Shown one piece after another: positions 21,175 through 32,050 of a stretch of 64,000 bases of DNA (position 1 is its first letter; every line of letters starts with the position of its first letter). The notes under the pieces are model-generated. The model saw only the letters and a program-made list of their open reading frames with translations. It was not told where the DNA came from and did no database searches. This DNA is from an uncultured Gammaproteobacteria bacterium. Its GTDB lineage: Bacteria > Pseudomonadota > Gammaproteobacteria > JACCXJ01. The stretch is from contig CAVXTM010000012.1 in the NCBI GenBank assembly GCA_963764725.1, forward strand, positions 342,213-406,212. The letters run 5' to 3'. Position numbers and translations under genes: made by a program.

Positions 21175-22305
21175 ACTCGATCCGCCGCAATGCGAAGCCT
21201 CACGCCAAGGACGCTCGTTGAATGCTGGGTTTGTGAGCTAGGCTTCCAGTGGCATTGTCTTGGGCCCCGGGGGAGGTGTGCGGCGCCCTTCGCGCCTCGG
21301 CCAGGCAGATCTTCATTTGTTCGGCCAGCGGCCCGACATAAGGATCTTGAAACAGTTCGACATGCATGCCTGGGACCATGCGATGGGTTGCTTGCGCGGC
21401 AAGCCGGGACCAGGCGTTTTGAATTTCGCGGCGCCGCACCTCGTCCATATCGTCGGCCGCCCAGATAAACCAGATCTTGCCGGCATAGGCTCTCGGCACA
21501 TAGTTCTTTTTCGCGCGCCGATGCGAATCAATAGTATAGCGCGACAAAAGACCGCGCGACAAAGGCAGTCTGCACGCCAGGAAAATAGGAAGCGCGATTC
21601 TCCTACAGAGGACGTTCAACCCGTACCACACACGCGCCCACACATAGGCGAGCTGCTCGATGACATTTTTATTGACCAGGCTGCGTAAATGCCTTTCGAC
21701 ACGGTTGCGAGAACGATCGCGTGCCATTGGCGTCTTCGGCGGTGGGGGATCGATCAACACCAGCGCCGCGATCTCTTCGCCTTGGGCGAGCAACTGCTGC
21801 GCCATTTCCAGCGCGATCAGCGTCGACACGCAGTCACTGCTCAAATAATAAGGCCCGTGCGGCTGTACCTTGCGCAGGTGAGTCAGATTAAAAGCGGCCA
21901 TTTCTTCAATGCGCGTCATGCGCATCTGCGTCGGGTCCCAGTGAGAGCTGATTCCGTACAGACGCTGATCAGGCCCGAGGCAGCGGCACAACTCCCTCAA
22001 CTCGGTGGCGATGCCCAGCCATACACTGAATAGCGGCGGGGTCGTGCCGTGGGGGTTGAGCGGCACGATCACATCCGAGTCATTGAGAGAATCTCCCGCC
22101 GCCAGGATTCGGCCGATCTGTTCCACGGTCGGTGCCTGAAACAGCGTCGCGACCGACAAACGCCGGCCGCAAGCCTTTTCGATTTCGGCCAACACGCGCA
22201 ACACCAGAAACGAATGCCCGCCGAGATCGAAGAAGTTGTCGCGTATGCCAACCTGGTCGAGCTTTAGTACCGAGGCGAAGATCGCGGCGAGTTGCTGCTC
22301 GAGCG
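21175..22305. repeat. Direct repeat copy 2 (T-TE)
   Basis: Offset 13,997/13,996 nt from copy 1; in frame here. Confidence 0.95.
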
Positions 22306-25300
22306 GCGTGCGCGGAGCCGCATAAACCGCGGCGTCAGAGCGTGCGCTGTCAGGCTTGGGCAGCGCCTTCCGGTCGAGCTTGCCGTTCGGGGTGAGCGGC
22401 ATCTCGTCGAGCACGACAAAAGCCAATGGCAGCATGTAATCGGGCAGACGCTCTTTCAGATACTTCCGCAGGTCAGCGCCGCTCAAGGCAGTTGTGGAAG
22501 ATGCCCCCACCACATAGGCGACCAAGCGCTTGTCGCCGGATGAGTCTTCTCGCGCAATGACTACAGCTTCCTTGACGTCTGCGTGTTGCGATAACATGGC
22601 CTCGATCTCCCCCAGCTCGATCCGGAAACCTCGAATCTTCACTTGATGGTCGATGCGCCCCAGGTATTCGATATCCCGCTCTGGCAGATAGCGCGCCAGG
22701 TCCCCGGTCTTGTACAGGCGCGCCCCTGGTTCGCTGCTGAAGGGATGGGCGATGAAGCGCTCGGCGGTCAGTTCAGGGCGATTCAGATAGCCCCTGGCAA
22801 GCCCCGCACCCCCGACATAGAGTTCGCCGGCGATGCCGATGGGGACCGGTTGCAGGTAGGGATCGAGGATGTAAAGCTCTAGATCGGGAATCGGAACACC
22901 GATCAAGCTGCCCTTGGACGCCTCGATGTCGGCCCGGGCGAGCGGCCGGTAGGTGACGTGCACGGTCGTCTCGGTGATGCCGTACATGTTGATCAAGCGC
23001 GGACGCGCATCGCTGTGGACATCGATCCAGGGCTTCAGACTGTGCAGTTCCAACGGCTCGCCGCCGAAGATCACATAGCGTAAAGCCAGCGCCTTTCTCC
23101 TCGCGCTCTGCTCGACGTCGATCAGCGGGCGGAAGGCCGAGGGTGTCTGATTCAGTACCGACACCCGCTGCTGGACGAGCAGGTCGTAGAAGGCCTCCGG
23201 GGAACGGCTAACCCAGTACGGTACCACCACCAGGCGTCCGCCGTAGAGCAAGGCGCCCCAAATCTCCCAGGTCGAGAAGTCAAACGCATAGGAATGGAAC
23301 AAGGTCCACACGTCGCTTGCCTGGAAGTCAAACCAGACTTCGGTTGCCGCCAACAGGCGGGTGACATTGCCGTGCGTGACCAGGACACCTTTTGGCCGGC
23401 CGGTCGAGCCCGAGGTGTAGATGACATAGGCGAGGTTGTCCGGCTTAAGCGCGGATTCAGGGTCGCTATCGGGATAGTTTTCGAAATCGTGCTCGAAGGC
23501 GTCAACAAATACGAGCTTGGCGTGATGCGCAGGCAAGCGTTCTTCGAGGTTTCGCTGCGTGAGCAACACGGGGATTTTCGCGTCTTCGAGCATGAACGCC
23601 AGGCGCTCTTCAGGGTAGTCAGGGTCGAGCGGCAGGTAGGCGCCGCCGGCTTTCAAGATCGCGAGCAGCGCGACCACCATCTCGATCGAGCGCTCGACGC
23701 ATAGTCCGACCAGTGCTTCCGGGCCGACGCCTAACGAAATGAGTTGATGGCTGAGTTGATTCGCGCATGCATTGAGTTCCCGATAAGAAAGCTTCCGGCC
23801 CTCGAACACGAGCGCGATGTTGTCGGGCGTTTTTTCGACTTGTTGTTCGAACAGCTCGACGATCGTCTTGTCTTTCGGATAATCGATCCGAGTTTGGTTC
23901 CAGTCGTGGATCAAGGCATGGCGTTCGGCGTCGGGCAGAAGCGCCAGCCGCGATATCTTCTTCTCGGGGTTCTTGACGATACTTTTGAGCAGCGTTTCGA
24001 AGTGCCCGACCATGCGGACGATGGTCGCCGCATCGAACAAATCGCTGCTGTATTCGACACTGATCTTCAGGCCTTCGCTGGTTTCAATCGCATAAAGGGT
24101 CAGATCGAATCTGCTGGTTTCGCGACCCAAGTCCATGCGCTCGACCTCGAGACCGGGAAGCAGAAGCGGCACTTGCGTCGTGTTCTGCAGCGCGAACATC
24201 ACTTGGAACAACGGCGAGTACGACAGGCTGCGCTCAGGCTTCAACTCTTCGACCAACTTCTCGAAAGGCAGGTCTTGGTGCGAATAGGCGGAAAGCGCCA
24301 TCTCGCGCACTCGCGAGAGGTACTCACGAAAGCTCGGATCGCCGGACAAATCAGTCCGCAGCGTCAGGGTATTGACGAAAAAGCCGATCAGGTGCTCGGT
24401 TTCAGTGCGCGTGCGCCCGGCAATCGGCGAGCCTATGACGATATCATCGGAGCGGCAATACCTTGACAGCAGCACCGAAAACGCCGCGAGCAGCGTCATG
24501 AATAGCGTTGCGCGATCGGCTTGACCGACTGTTTTAACAGCGTCGAGCAGCGCGTTATCAAGCATCCGGTTCAAGCGCGCGCCCTTGAAGCTTTGCAGCG
24601 CTGGACGCGGCCGGTCGGTCGGCAGCTCCAAAAGCGGTGGCGCACCTGACAGTTGCTTCTTCCAGTACGCGAGCTGGGGCTTGAGCACTTCCTCGGACAG
24701 ATGGCCGCGCTGCCAGACTGCGTAATCCGGGTACTGGATCGGAAGCTCGGGGAGCGATACCGCCTTGGAATTTGCAAGAGCCTGATAGAGGGCGGCGACT
24801 TCGCGATAGAAAACTCCGATCGACCAGCCGTCAGAAATAATGTGATGCAGCGTCGTCAGCGTGACATGCCGCGTATCCTCCAATTGCAGCAGCAAGACCC
24901 GAATCAGCGGCGCGCGCGACAGATCGAATGGACGCTCTGACTCTTCGGCGGCGAGCCTGCGCATCTCGGCGTCGCGCTCGGATGGTGAGAAGCCGCGCAG
25001 ATCAACGAACGAAACTTTGGCGTCGGCCGACGGGTGGATGATCTGGACGGCTTCGTTTTCCTGCGTCGTGAAAGACGTGCGCAGCGATTCGTGGCGCTTG
25101 ACGATTTCGTTGATGCAGCGTTCAAAGGCCGCAACATCGAGCTCGCCTTCGAGCTTGAGCGCCGAACTGATGTTGTAGAACGCACTGTGCGGCTCCCATT
25201 GACAGAGAAACCACAGCCGTTGCTGGGCAAACGACTGCGCAAAGGCCGGCGCCTCCCCGCTGCGCGGGAGAGTGGGAATGGTGTGCTTGTTGGCGCGCGT

Positions 25301-25378
25301 TTTTTGCCTGAGCTTCGCTTCGAAAAGCGCACGCGCTTCGGGAGGAAGATTAGCGATGCGATTGACAAGGTCGTTCAT
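21200..25378 (-). CDS. NRPS termination module C-A(Thr)-T-TE
   Basis: C (SFAQQRLWFL, HHIISDGWS); A code DFWNIGMVHK (Thr-type); T (GGHSF); TE (GPYYLSSDCVS, VLID, PGMH). Confidence 0.93.
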   Translation of the reverse strand: MNDLVNRIANLPPEARALFEAKLRQKTRANKHTIPTLPRSGEAPAFAQSFAQQRLWFLCQWEPHSAFYNISSALKLEGELDVAAFERCINEIVKRHESLRTSFTTQENEAVQIIHPSADAKVSFVDLRGFSPSERDAEMRRLAAEESERPFDLSRAPLIRVLLLQLEDTRHVTLTTLHHIISDGWSIGVFYREVAALYQALANSKAVSLPELPIQYPDYAVWQRGHLSEEVLKPQLAYWKKQLSGAPPLLELPTDRPRPALQSFKGARLNRMLDNALLDAVKTVGQADRATLFMTLLAAFSVLLSRYCRSDDIVIGSPIAGRTRTETEHLIGFFVNTLTLRTDLSGDPSFREYLSRVREMALSAYSHQDLPFEKLVEELKPERSLSYSPLFQVMFALQNTTQVPLLLPGLEVERMDLGRETSRFDLTLYAIETSEGLKISVEYSSDLFDAATIVRMVGHFETLLKSIVKNPEKKISRLALLPDAERHALIHDWNQTRIDYPKDKTIVELFEQQVEKTPDNIALVFEGRKLSYRELNACANQLSHQLISLGVGPEALVGLCVERSIEMVVALLAILKAGGAYLPLDPDYPEERLAFMLEDAKIPVLLTQRNLEERLPAHHAKLVFVDAFEHDFENYPDSDPESALKPDNLAYVIYTSGSTGRPKGVLVTHGNVTRLLAATEVWFDFQASDVWTLFHSYAFDFSTWEIWGALLYGGRLVVVPYWVSRSPEAFYDLLVQQRVSVLNQTPSAFRPLIDVEQSARRKALALRYVIFGGEPLELHSLKPWIDVHSDARPRLINMYGITETTVHVTYRPLARADIEASKGSLIGVPIPDLELYILDPYLQPVPIGIAGELYVGGAGLARGYLNRPELTAERFIAHPFSSEPGARLYKTGDLARYLPERDIEYLGRIDHQVKIRGFRIELGEIEAMLSQHADVKEAVVIAREDSSGDKRLVAYVVGASSTTALSGADLRKYLKERLPDYMLPLAFVVLDEMPLTPNGKLDRKALPKPDSARSDAAVYAAPRTPLEQQLAAIFASVLKLDQVGIRDNFFDLGGHSFLVLRVLAEIEKACGRRLSVATLFQAPTVEQIGRILAAGDSLNDSDVIVPLNPHGTTPPLFSVWLGIATELRELCRCLGPDQRLYGISSHWDPTQMRMTRIEEMAAFNLTHLRKVQPHGPYYLSSDCVSTLIALEMAQQLLAQGEEIAALVLIDPPPPKTPMARDRSRNRVERHLRSLVNKNVIEQLAYVWARVWYGLNVLCRRIALPIFLACRLPLSRGLLSRYTIDSHRRAKKNYVPRAYAGKIWFIWAADDMDEVRRREIQNAWSRLAAQATHRMVPGMHVELFQDPYVGPLAEQMKICLAEARRAPHTSPGAQDNATGSLAHKPSIQRASLA

Positions 25379-25786
25379 CTCGACGTTTTCATTCCGTTGC
25401 TGTCAAGCCCTAACTGCGCTGCCCACGTCTGACCGCCGCAGCCGACCGAGTTCAGACTTTGTCGTTGGGCAGCATAACCGACTTCTGCACTGAATGCCAA
25501 TTTCGGTGCGACTCGAATACCCGCGCCTGGCGCGCACCCCTGCTGCATGGCGGCAACTGACGTGCCACTTCCTCGATAATGCGGCCAACGAGGCACAATA
25601 TCGTTGTCTCTCAGGTACGGCGATGCGAGGTAATGCAGACGATCACAATTTTGCTCGTCGGGTCCGAATACAAGCTGCAGGCTGGCGAGCGCTGCTCTAA
25701 ATCGCTGATCCCGTACTCATAAATGGTTTTCAAAAACTCAGCCGAAGCCGAAGGCCCCATGCCGCCCAGAATACCCAGAAGCTTTA

Positions 25787-27795
25787 TCACGATCGCCCCT
25801 CGAGATTTTGCGCCTGCGATCCCTCTCCTTGCGCCTCGGTAAGAAGCTGCGCCAGCTCATCGTCACTGAGCGCTTCGGCCTGCTTTCGCACGATTAACGC
25901 CGACATGCCTGCCACGGTAGGCGACTCGAACACAGCGCGCAGCGGGATGTCGGCGTCCAAGGTCTTTTTCACGCGCGAAATGACCTGTGTCGCCAGCAGC
26001 GAATCTCCGCCCAACCGGAAAAAATCATCGTGTATGCCGACCCGCGCCAAGTTCAGCACTTCAGCGAAAATGTCCGCGATAAGCTGCTCATTCGGCGTCC
26101 GTGGAGCGATATGTTCGAGGCGGTTCTGTCAGGATCGGGCGCCGGCAAAGCCTGGCGATCGACTTTGCCGTTGCGAGTCAGCGGCAAAGCAGAGAGGGGC
26201 ACATAAGCGGCCGGTACCATGTAGTGCGGCAATTTCTCGCCGAGGAAGGCGCGCAAATCGTCGGTGGAGGGCAACGCCTCTCCCGTCAGATAAGCAACCA
26301 GCCTTTTCTCGTCGGGTTTATCTTCGCGCGTCGAGACCACGGCTTGCCGCACGGCCGGGTGCGATCTCAACGCCGCTTCGATCTCGCCGGGTTCGATTCG
26401 AAAGCCGCGAATCTTCACCTGGTCATCGGTTCGCCCGAGAAACTCGATGTCGCCGGTTGTAAGATAGCGAGCCCGGTCGCCTGTTTTGTACAGTCGCCCC
26501 GCCGAGCCGGCCGCATAGGGATCGGCGATGAAGCGATCGGCGGTCTGCTCCGGCTCATTAATGTAGCCGCGCGCAACCCCGGCGCCGCCGATGTAGAGTT
26601 CTCCGGGTTCCCCTATAGCTACGGGCTGCAGGTCTTCACCGAGAATATAAGCGCGCGTATTCGCGATCGGCCGACCGATTGGGACGGTTGCGCAGCGATC
26701 GGTGCGGGAGCCGTGGTCCACATCGAGAGTCAACGCGCCTATTGTCGTTTCAGTGGGTCCATAGTGATTGATGATTCGGCAGGCAGCGCCGGTCTGCTCG
26801 ATGCGGCGGACGAGTTGCCAAGGCAAAGCCTCGCCGCCGAATATCAGGTACTTTCCTGGCAGGATGTCGTTTCCATCGCCTCCATCGCGCGATGCAAGCA
26901 AGGCGGCAAAGTGAGACGGTACGATTTTCAGCACATCGATCGGATGCCTCGAGAAATAGTCCGCCAACCTGTCCGCATCGGTGACCGTCTCATAGTCAAG
27001 AATATGCAGACAACCGCCGGAAATGAGGCTAGTGAAAATGCAGGTATTGCCCAGATCGGCGGTCAGCGTCGTCACCGTCGCAAAGTGAAAAGGAGCGATT
27101 TTCTGCAACTGCAGCCTGGTACGTATGAAGTGAGCATAGTTGACGATATTGGAATGGGTGATGGCCACGCCTTTCGGATTGCCGGTGGAGCCCGAAGTGA
27201 AGATGATGTAGGCGAGGTGGTTTGCGGCAACCTCGGCTTCGGGATTTTCGGTGGACTCGCTTTCACCCGACTCGCGATCGAGGTACAACACGCGGCCGCC
27301 GAAATCCGGTAAATCACTGAACAGCTTCTCCTGAGTCAACAAGATCGAAGCCTTGACTTGCTCAAGTTGCCGCGCCAACCGGCTTTTCGGGTATTCCGGA
27401 TTCAGAGGGACATACGCGCCTCCCGCCTTCAATATGCCGAGCAGCCCTACCAGCATGGCGGAAGAGCGATCGGTGCACAGACCGACCGGTATATCCGCAG
27501 TCACGCCCAAACCTTGCAGATGATGAGCGAGTTTGTTGGCTTTGGCGTTTAACTCTGCGTAACACCACCGTCCGTCGCCGCAAACGAGCGCGATCGCGCC
27601 GGGCGTCTTTTCAACCTGCGCTTCGAACAATTGATGGAGGCATCTATCGCGCGGAAAGTCCGCTTCGGTCGCATTCCATTCAACGAGCAAGCGATGGCGC
27701 TCGGCTTCAGTCAATATCGATCCTGAAAGCTGCTGCTCACAGTTGCGTGGATCCGATTTCGGTGCGGAAGAATCGCCGACGCAAACGTCATTCAT
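25787..27795 (-). CDS. NRPS A(Asp)-T didomain, frameshifted at ~26120-26135 (ORFs 26053..27795 and 25787..26059)
   Basis: A code DLTKIGHIGK (Asp-type). After PAPDPD the frame shifts to ...HIAPRTPNEQLIADIFAEVLNLARVGIHDDFFRLGGDSLL. GAAGGGAG RBS before ATG 27795. Confidence 0.85.
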
Positions 27796-28081
27796 TTATT
27801 GTCTCCCTTCAGATCGAGTGCCTGTGCCTAAAAAACTTCCAAAGTCTGTTGTTCTCTTTTGCGAAGAAAAACCTTGCGCCAAATATGAGCTTGCAGGAAG
27901 GGCCATATAGCTTGCCCATCTCCCCAGACCCATGCGTTCGCGTGCTGCTTCGCTTCCACGAAGGTGCGTATCGCGCGGCCGTAACCGGGCGAGACGATCG
28001 ATTTGAGGCGCTTTGCCTTTATCGTCTGTTAGCAAAGGCGATTGCGACAACCGCGCACTACTCGTTTGCCCAGCGTCTATG

Positions 28082-29377
28082 GGGCACTTCGATAAATTCG
28101 TTTCCAGTGGTAGCTAACCGTTAAATAACCAAGGATGATTAAAGTCGGGTAAGTGGTGTTTTGTACACGGCTACCGCTTGCCTTATAGGATGCCGTTTAC
28201 CATCGCTGCTTTAGGTTGCGTGGGCAAGCCGATTTCCTGGCTTGCGTCGCTCCAGTTGCAGATAGCGCATGATGTTGTAGGTGAGGTTCATCAGCGCGAT
28301 CATGGTCTTGGCCCTAGCCAGTCCTATGGTGCGGATGAGTTTGCCGCCCATGGAGTTATGCTGAAAGCCAAAGACATGCTCGACCCGGGCGCGGATGGTG
28401 GAGCGCAGGCGGTTGAGGCGCTTTTTGTGCGCACTCAGCGGTTTGCCCCGCTGGCCTTTGTAGTGGATCTGGCTCTTGAAGCCAGCCTCCCCAAGCCGCT
28501 GTTCGGTTTCCTCGGACCGATAGGCACTGTCGGCCCAGACAGAGGCTCCGGTGTTGGCTTCATCGAGCACCTCCGCTAAGAGCTGGCTATCGTGGATGGC
28601 GGCATCGGTGACGGTAAAGTTGCGGATGAGCTTGTGCTTGTTGTCCACGTTGATGTGGTTCTTGTACCCAAAGTAGCTCTTGCCGTGTTTCTTGGTCCAA
28701 CGGACGTCGGTGTCCTTCTGCCGGCGCATCGCGGGGTTGTTTTCCCAGTCCTCAGGCAGCTCGCCGCCTTTGATCGCCGCATTCTCTTCCCGAGTATTCC
28801 TCTGGCGGGGCACCGGCACGATGCTGGCATCGATGATCTGCCCGGCTTTTGCCTGATAGCCGCGCTCGCTGAGATAGGCATTGAAGCGCTCAAAGAGCCC
28901 CTCCAAGAGGCCTTGCTCGGCCAACACCTGCCTATAGGCCCACAGCGTGGTGGCATCGGGCACGTTGTCCTGCAGGTTGAGCCCGAGAAAGCGCATGAAC
29001 GACATCCGTCTTTGATTTGATACTCCATCTGCTGATCGGAGATGTTATACAGACTCTGCAACACTAACGCCTTGAACATCATCACCGGGTCCAAAGGCTT
29101 GCGACCGGCGGGTGATTTACGCTCCTTCTCATGGATCTTGGCGCATAGCGGACGAAATTCCTCCCACGGGACCGACTCCTTGAGCACCACCAACGGGTCA
29201 CCCATCGCGTCCAGTGCGTCATAGCGCTCCTCTACATCAAACAACCCCGGTTGCCCCATGATCATCTCCCCTTGCTGCTCTTATGGATGAGGGCCCATAT
29301 TCTAACACGAGTTATATATCCGATCAGCTACTAAAAGCTATACTAAGGCCCGAGTCGAGGAATTAATCGAAGTGCCC
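28082..29377 (-). mobile_element. IS5-family element; transposase frameshifted at ~29005
   Basis: TIRs GGGCACTTCGATAAATTC / GAATTAATCGAAGTGCCC (17/18). ORF pieces 28576..29265 (N-term) and 28211..29005 (IIDASIV, FGYKNH, ADSAY, RARVEHVF). TSD ambiguous. Confidence 0.9.
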
Positions 29378-29471
29378 TATATGGTGGGCTCCTGTTTCAA
29401 CGCACTTTCTCTCCCGGTCTATCGCTGTCGGAACGGGATTCAAGTGACGATCGAGAACATGGATCCGAGTG

Positions 29472-31722
29472 TTAAATCACCCCCGGCAAAGCCGGGGGCT
29501 TATTGGGTGAGCGCCTCAAAGGCGCCATAACAGCATGAGCCGCCCAAGGCGGCGGGTCTACATTCCAAGCTTCATCTGCTCGTAGCGCTCGTCTTCTTCC
29601 TCTTGGTTGCGGATATAGGCTCGGACCATGTTTTCCTCCAAACCCACGGTGGAGACGAAGTAACCGCGTGCCCAAAAGTTCTCGCCGGTGAAATTGCGCT
29701 GTCGACCACCAAACGTCTTGGCTATCTGAATGGCACTCTTCCCCTTGATGTACCCGACCACATTCGCCACCGCATACTTCGGCGGAATACTCAGACACAC
29801 ATGCACGTGATCCCCCATCAGGTGCCCTTCGACAATCTTCGATTCCTTGTGCCTCGCTAGCTCGTGGAATATCTCCCGCAACTGTCGTCGCAGCACCCCG
29901 AAAATCTGCTTCCTCCTTCGCTTCGGTATAAACCTTCCAGTTGCATAAATTTCTGCGGTTAACCGCAAAAAATGGCGTGAAGGCGGGGGGTTCGTCGAGT
30001 TTTGCGTTGTCCTCTGGATTTCACCAGGGGTGAAATCCAGCGATTCAGTTAAAGAGGCTGATCTTGCGATCAGCTAAGTAGAAGAAGCGGTCTGCACGTT
30101 GCGGTATAATATGTTTGCTAAAACAAAACGATCCGCAAAGGAGACCGCTCCCGTGAAGTGTAGCAGAACCGATGTTCACTGCAAGACCCACAGCCTTCCA
30201 GTACTCCGATTCGAAGAGAGCCAACTCACTTCGTTCTCGGGCTTGGTCCTTATCCAAGAGCTCTTTCGCCGTCTGGATCTCAAGGAGCGGTTACGCCGGT
30301 GTTTTGAGCATCTTGTTGTCAGTCCCATCTTTGGGCACGCCACCGTTGTGCTCTCTCTGGTGCTGCACCTGCTGATGGGGTTTCGGGAATTGCGCGATAT
30401 TCGGTATTATGCCGATGACCCGTTGGTCCGACGCACTCTGGGCCTGCGCCGGCTGCCCGACGTGGCCACCCTCAGTCGGGCCTTGGCACAGGCCGACCCG
30501 AAGAGTGTCGAGCAGCTGCACCGCCTGCTGCGCGAGTTGGTGGTGGCTCGGCTGGCGAAGCTTGATCTCCCACGGGTCACCTTGGAGGCTCGGTCATCGG
30601 TACTGGAAGATTCGCCGAGGGGACGGCCGTGGGATTCAACCGTAAGAAGAAAGGACAGCGCAGTTATTACCCGTTGTTTTGCACGGTGGCCCAAACCGGG
30701 CAAGTGCTCGATGTGCTGCACCGCTCCGGTAATGTCCATGACTCCCATGGCGCGCAGGCCTTTATCCGCGACTCTATCGCCACCGTGCGTTCGGCCCTCC
30801 CCGGGGTCTGCATCGAGGTACGCGTGGATAGCGCCTTCTTCAGTGACGCGATCATCACGAGCCTCGATGCCCAGGGCGTTGAGTATACGGTCAGCGTCCC
30901 CTTCGAGCGCTTCGGAGAACTCAAAGAACGCATTGAAGCGCGTCGATGGTGGCATCGGATCGAGGCGGGATGCGCCTACTTTGAGGCGCAGTGGAAGCCC
31001 AAGGCTTGGAATGTTCGCCATCGCTTCCTCTTCATTCGCACTCGGGTCAAACAGCAACACAAAGACCCCGTGCAGCTCGATCTCTTTATCCCCCAAGCCT
31101 ATGGCTACGAGTTCAAGGTTATCCTCACCAACAAGCCCCTCCGCGCCCGCAAGGTGCTCGCCTTCCATAACGGGCGGGGCAGCCAGGAGGGTATCTTCGC
31201 CGAGCTCAAATCCGACAACCAGCTCGACTATGTCCCCACGCGTACTTGGGTCGGCAATCAGATCTACCTGCTCTCAGTCCTCCTGGCTCACAACTTCGGC
31301 CGAGAGCTGCAAATGATCGCCCATCCTCCTTCGCGTACTACCCTTGAGAAGCGCCCGGCGTTTTGGGACTTCGCACGCCTTGACACCCTGCGGCGTCGCC
31401 TTATTCAGCGTGCAGGCCGTTTGATCCGGCCGCAGGGACAGCTCACGCTCAGTATGGCTGTAAACCCAGTCGTTCGCGACGAGCTGTTGCATTACCTGGA
31501 GACTTTGAAAGCCGCATGAGTTCGCCAAACAACCGGATTTTTTGCAACGCTAGGGTAAACACTACGTGATATTTGCAGTCCCATCTCGTATGACTCAAAC
31601 TCTGATATTCTTTCATCTGTGAATCCCCTTCTCTTGGCGGAGATCGGAGATTCACACCGACCGTAGTACAGGTCAAACCACGGTGAGTCCCCCGGCAAAG
31701 CCGGGGGCTTACCTCACTGAGT
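29472..31722 (-). mobile_element. tnpA: IS200/IS605-family element (tnpA only), interrupted by IS1380
   Basis: Subterminal hairpins CCCCCGGCAAAGCCGGGGG at 29480-29498 and 31689-31707. N-term MKEYQSLSHTRWDCKYHVVF (31616-31557) joins IPKRRRK...DHVH (HUH)...WARGYFVSTVG (to 29558). Exact ends approximate. Confidence 0.9.
29933..31555 (+). mobile_element. IS1380-family element; transposase disrupted near 30585
   Basis: 4-bp TSD TAAA (29929-29932, 31556-31559); imperfect TIRs CCTTCCAGTTGCATAAAT / rc CCCTAGCGTTGCAAAAAA. LTSFSGL...; after VTL a frameshift/small deletion, then GFNRKKKGQRSYYPL, RVDSAF, RGSQEGIFAELK. Confidence 0.88.
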
Positions 31723-31723
31723 T

Positions 31724-31777
31724 ACTCGCAAACTGCGTTCATCTCGGATACGGCGAATCGGGATTCACGCGAACGTT
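31724..31777. repeat. ~55-bp copy of the 3' end of the ThDP-enzyme gene (37750-37803)
   Basis: ACTCGCAAAYTGCRTTCATCTCGGATACGGCGAATCGGGATTCACGCGRACGTT at both sites. Confidence 0.85.
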
Positions 31778-31779
31778 TA

Positions 31780-32050
31780 TACCGCCAGACGGCAAAATCG
31801 GCATATTGGATCGCAAGCCTGGGGAGCGGCGACTCGTGGCCTGTCCGATAGGCGCGGTGGCGCTTTACGATTTCGTTCAAGCTCCACGTCAACGCGGCGA
31901 CGTCAAGCGGACCTCGTAGATGCACGACATTGGCGATGTTGTAGGAGCCACTCCCCGCTGCCTGGTGGCCGTTTTCCGCCTGAGCTTCGCTTCGAAAAGC
32001 GCACGCGCTTCCGGAGAAAGATTGGCGATATGCTCCTTGAAATCGTTCAT
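31780..32050 (-). pseudogene. Internally deleted relic of an NRPS C-domain gene
   Basis: ATGA overlap with the upstream NRPS. MNDFKEHIANLSPEARALFEAKLRRK (cf. MNDLVNRIANLPPEARALFEAKLRQK at 25378), then out-of-frame patches SYNIANVVHLRGPLDVAAL...EIVKRH and PLPRLAIQYADFAVW. Confidence 0.8.

Noticed and set aside
26101-27312. 403-aa plus-strand ORF, and similar long antisense ORFs (38395..39516, 47314..48627, 57167..58621)
   Set aside because: Opposite well-supported genes in GC-rich DNA, with no recognisable motifs.
27796-28081. Possible degraded T-domain relic next to IS5
   Set aside because: Only faint PR..VE..IW-like patches in different frames; not supportable.
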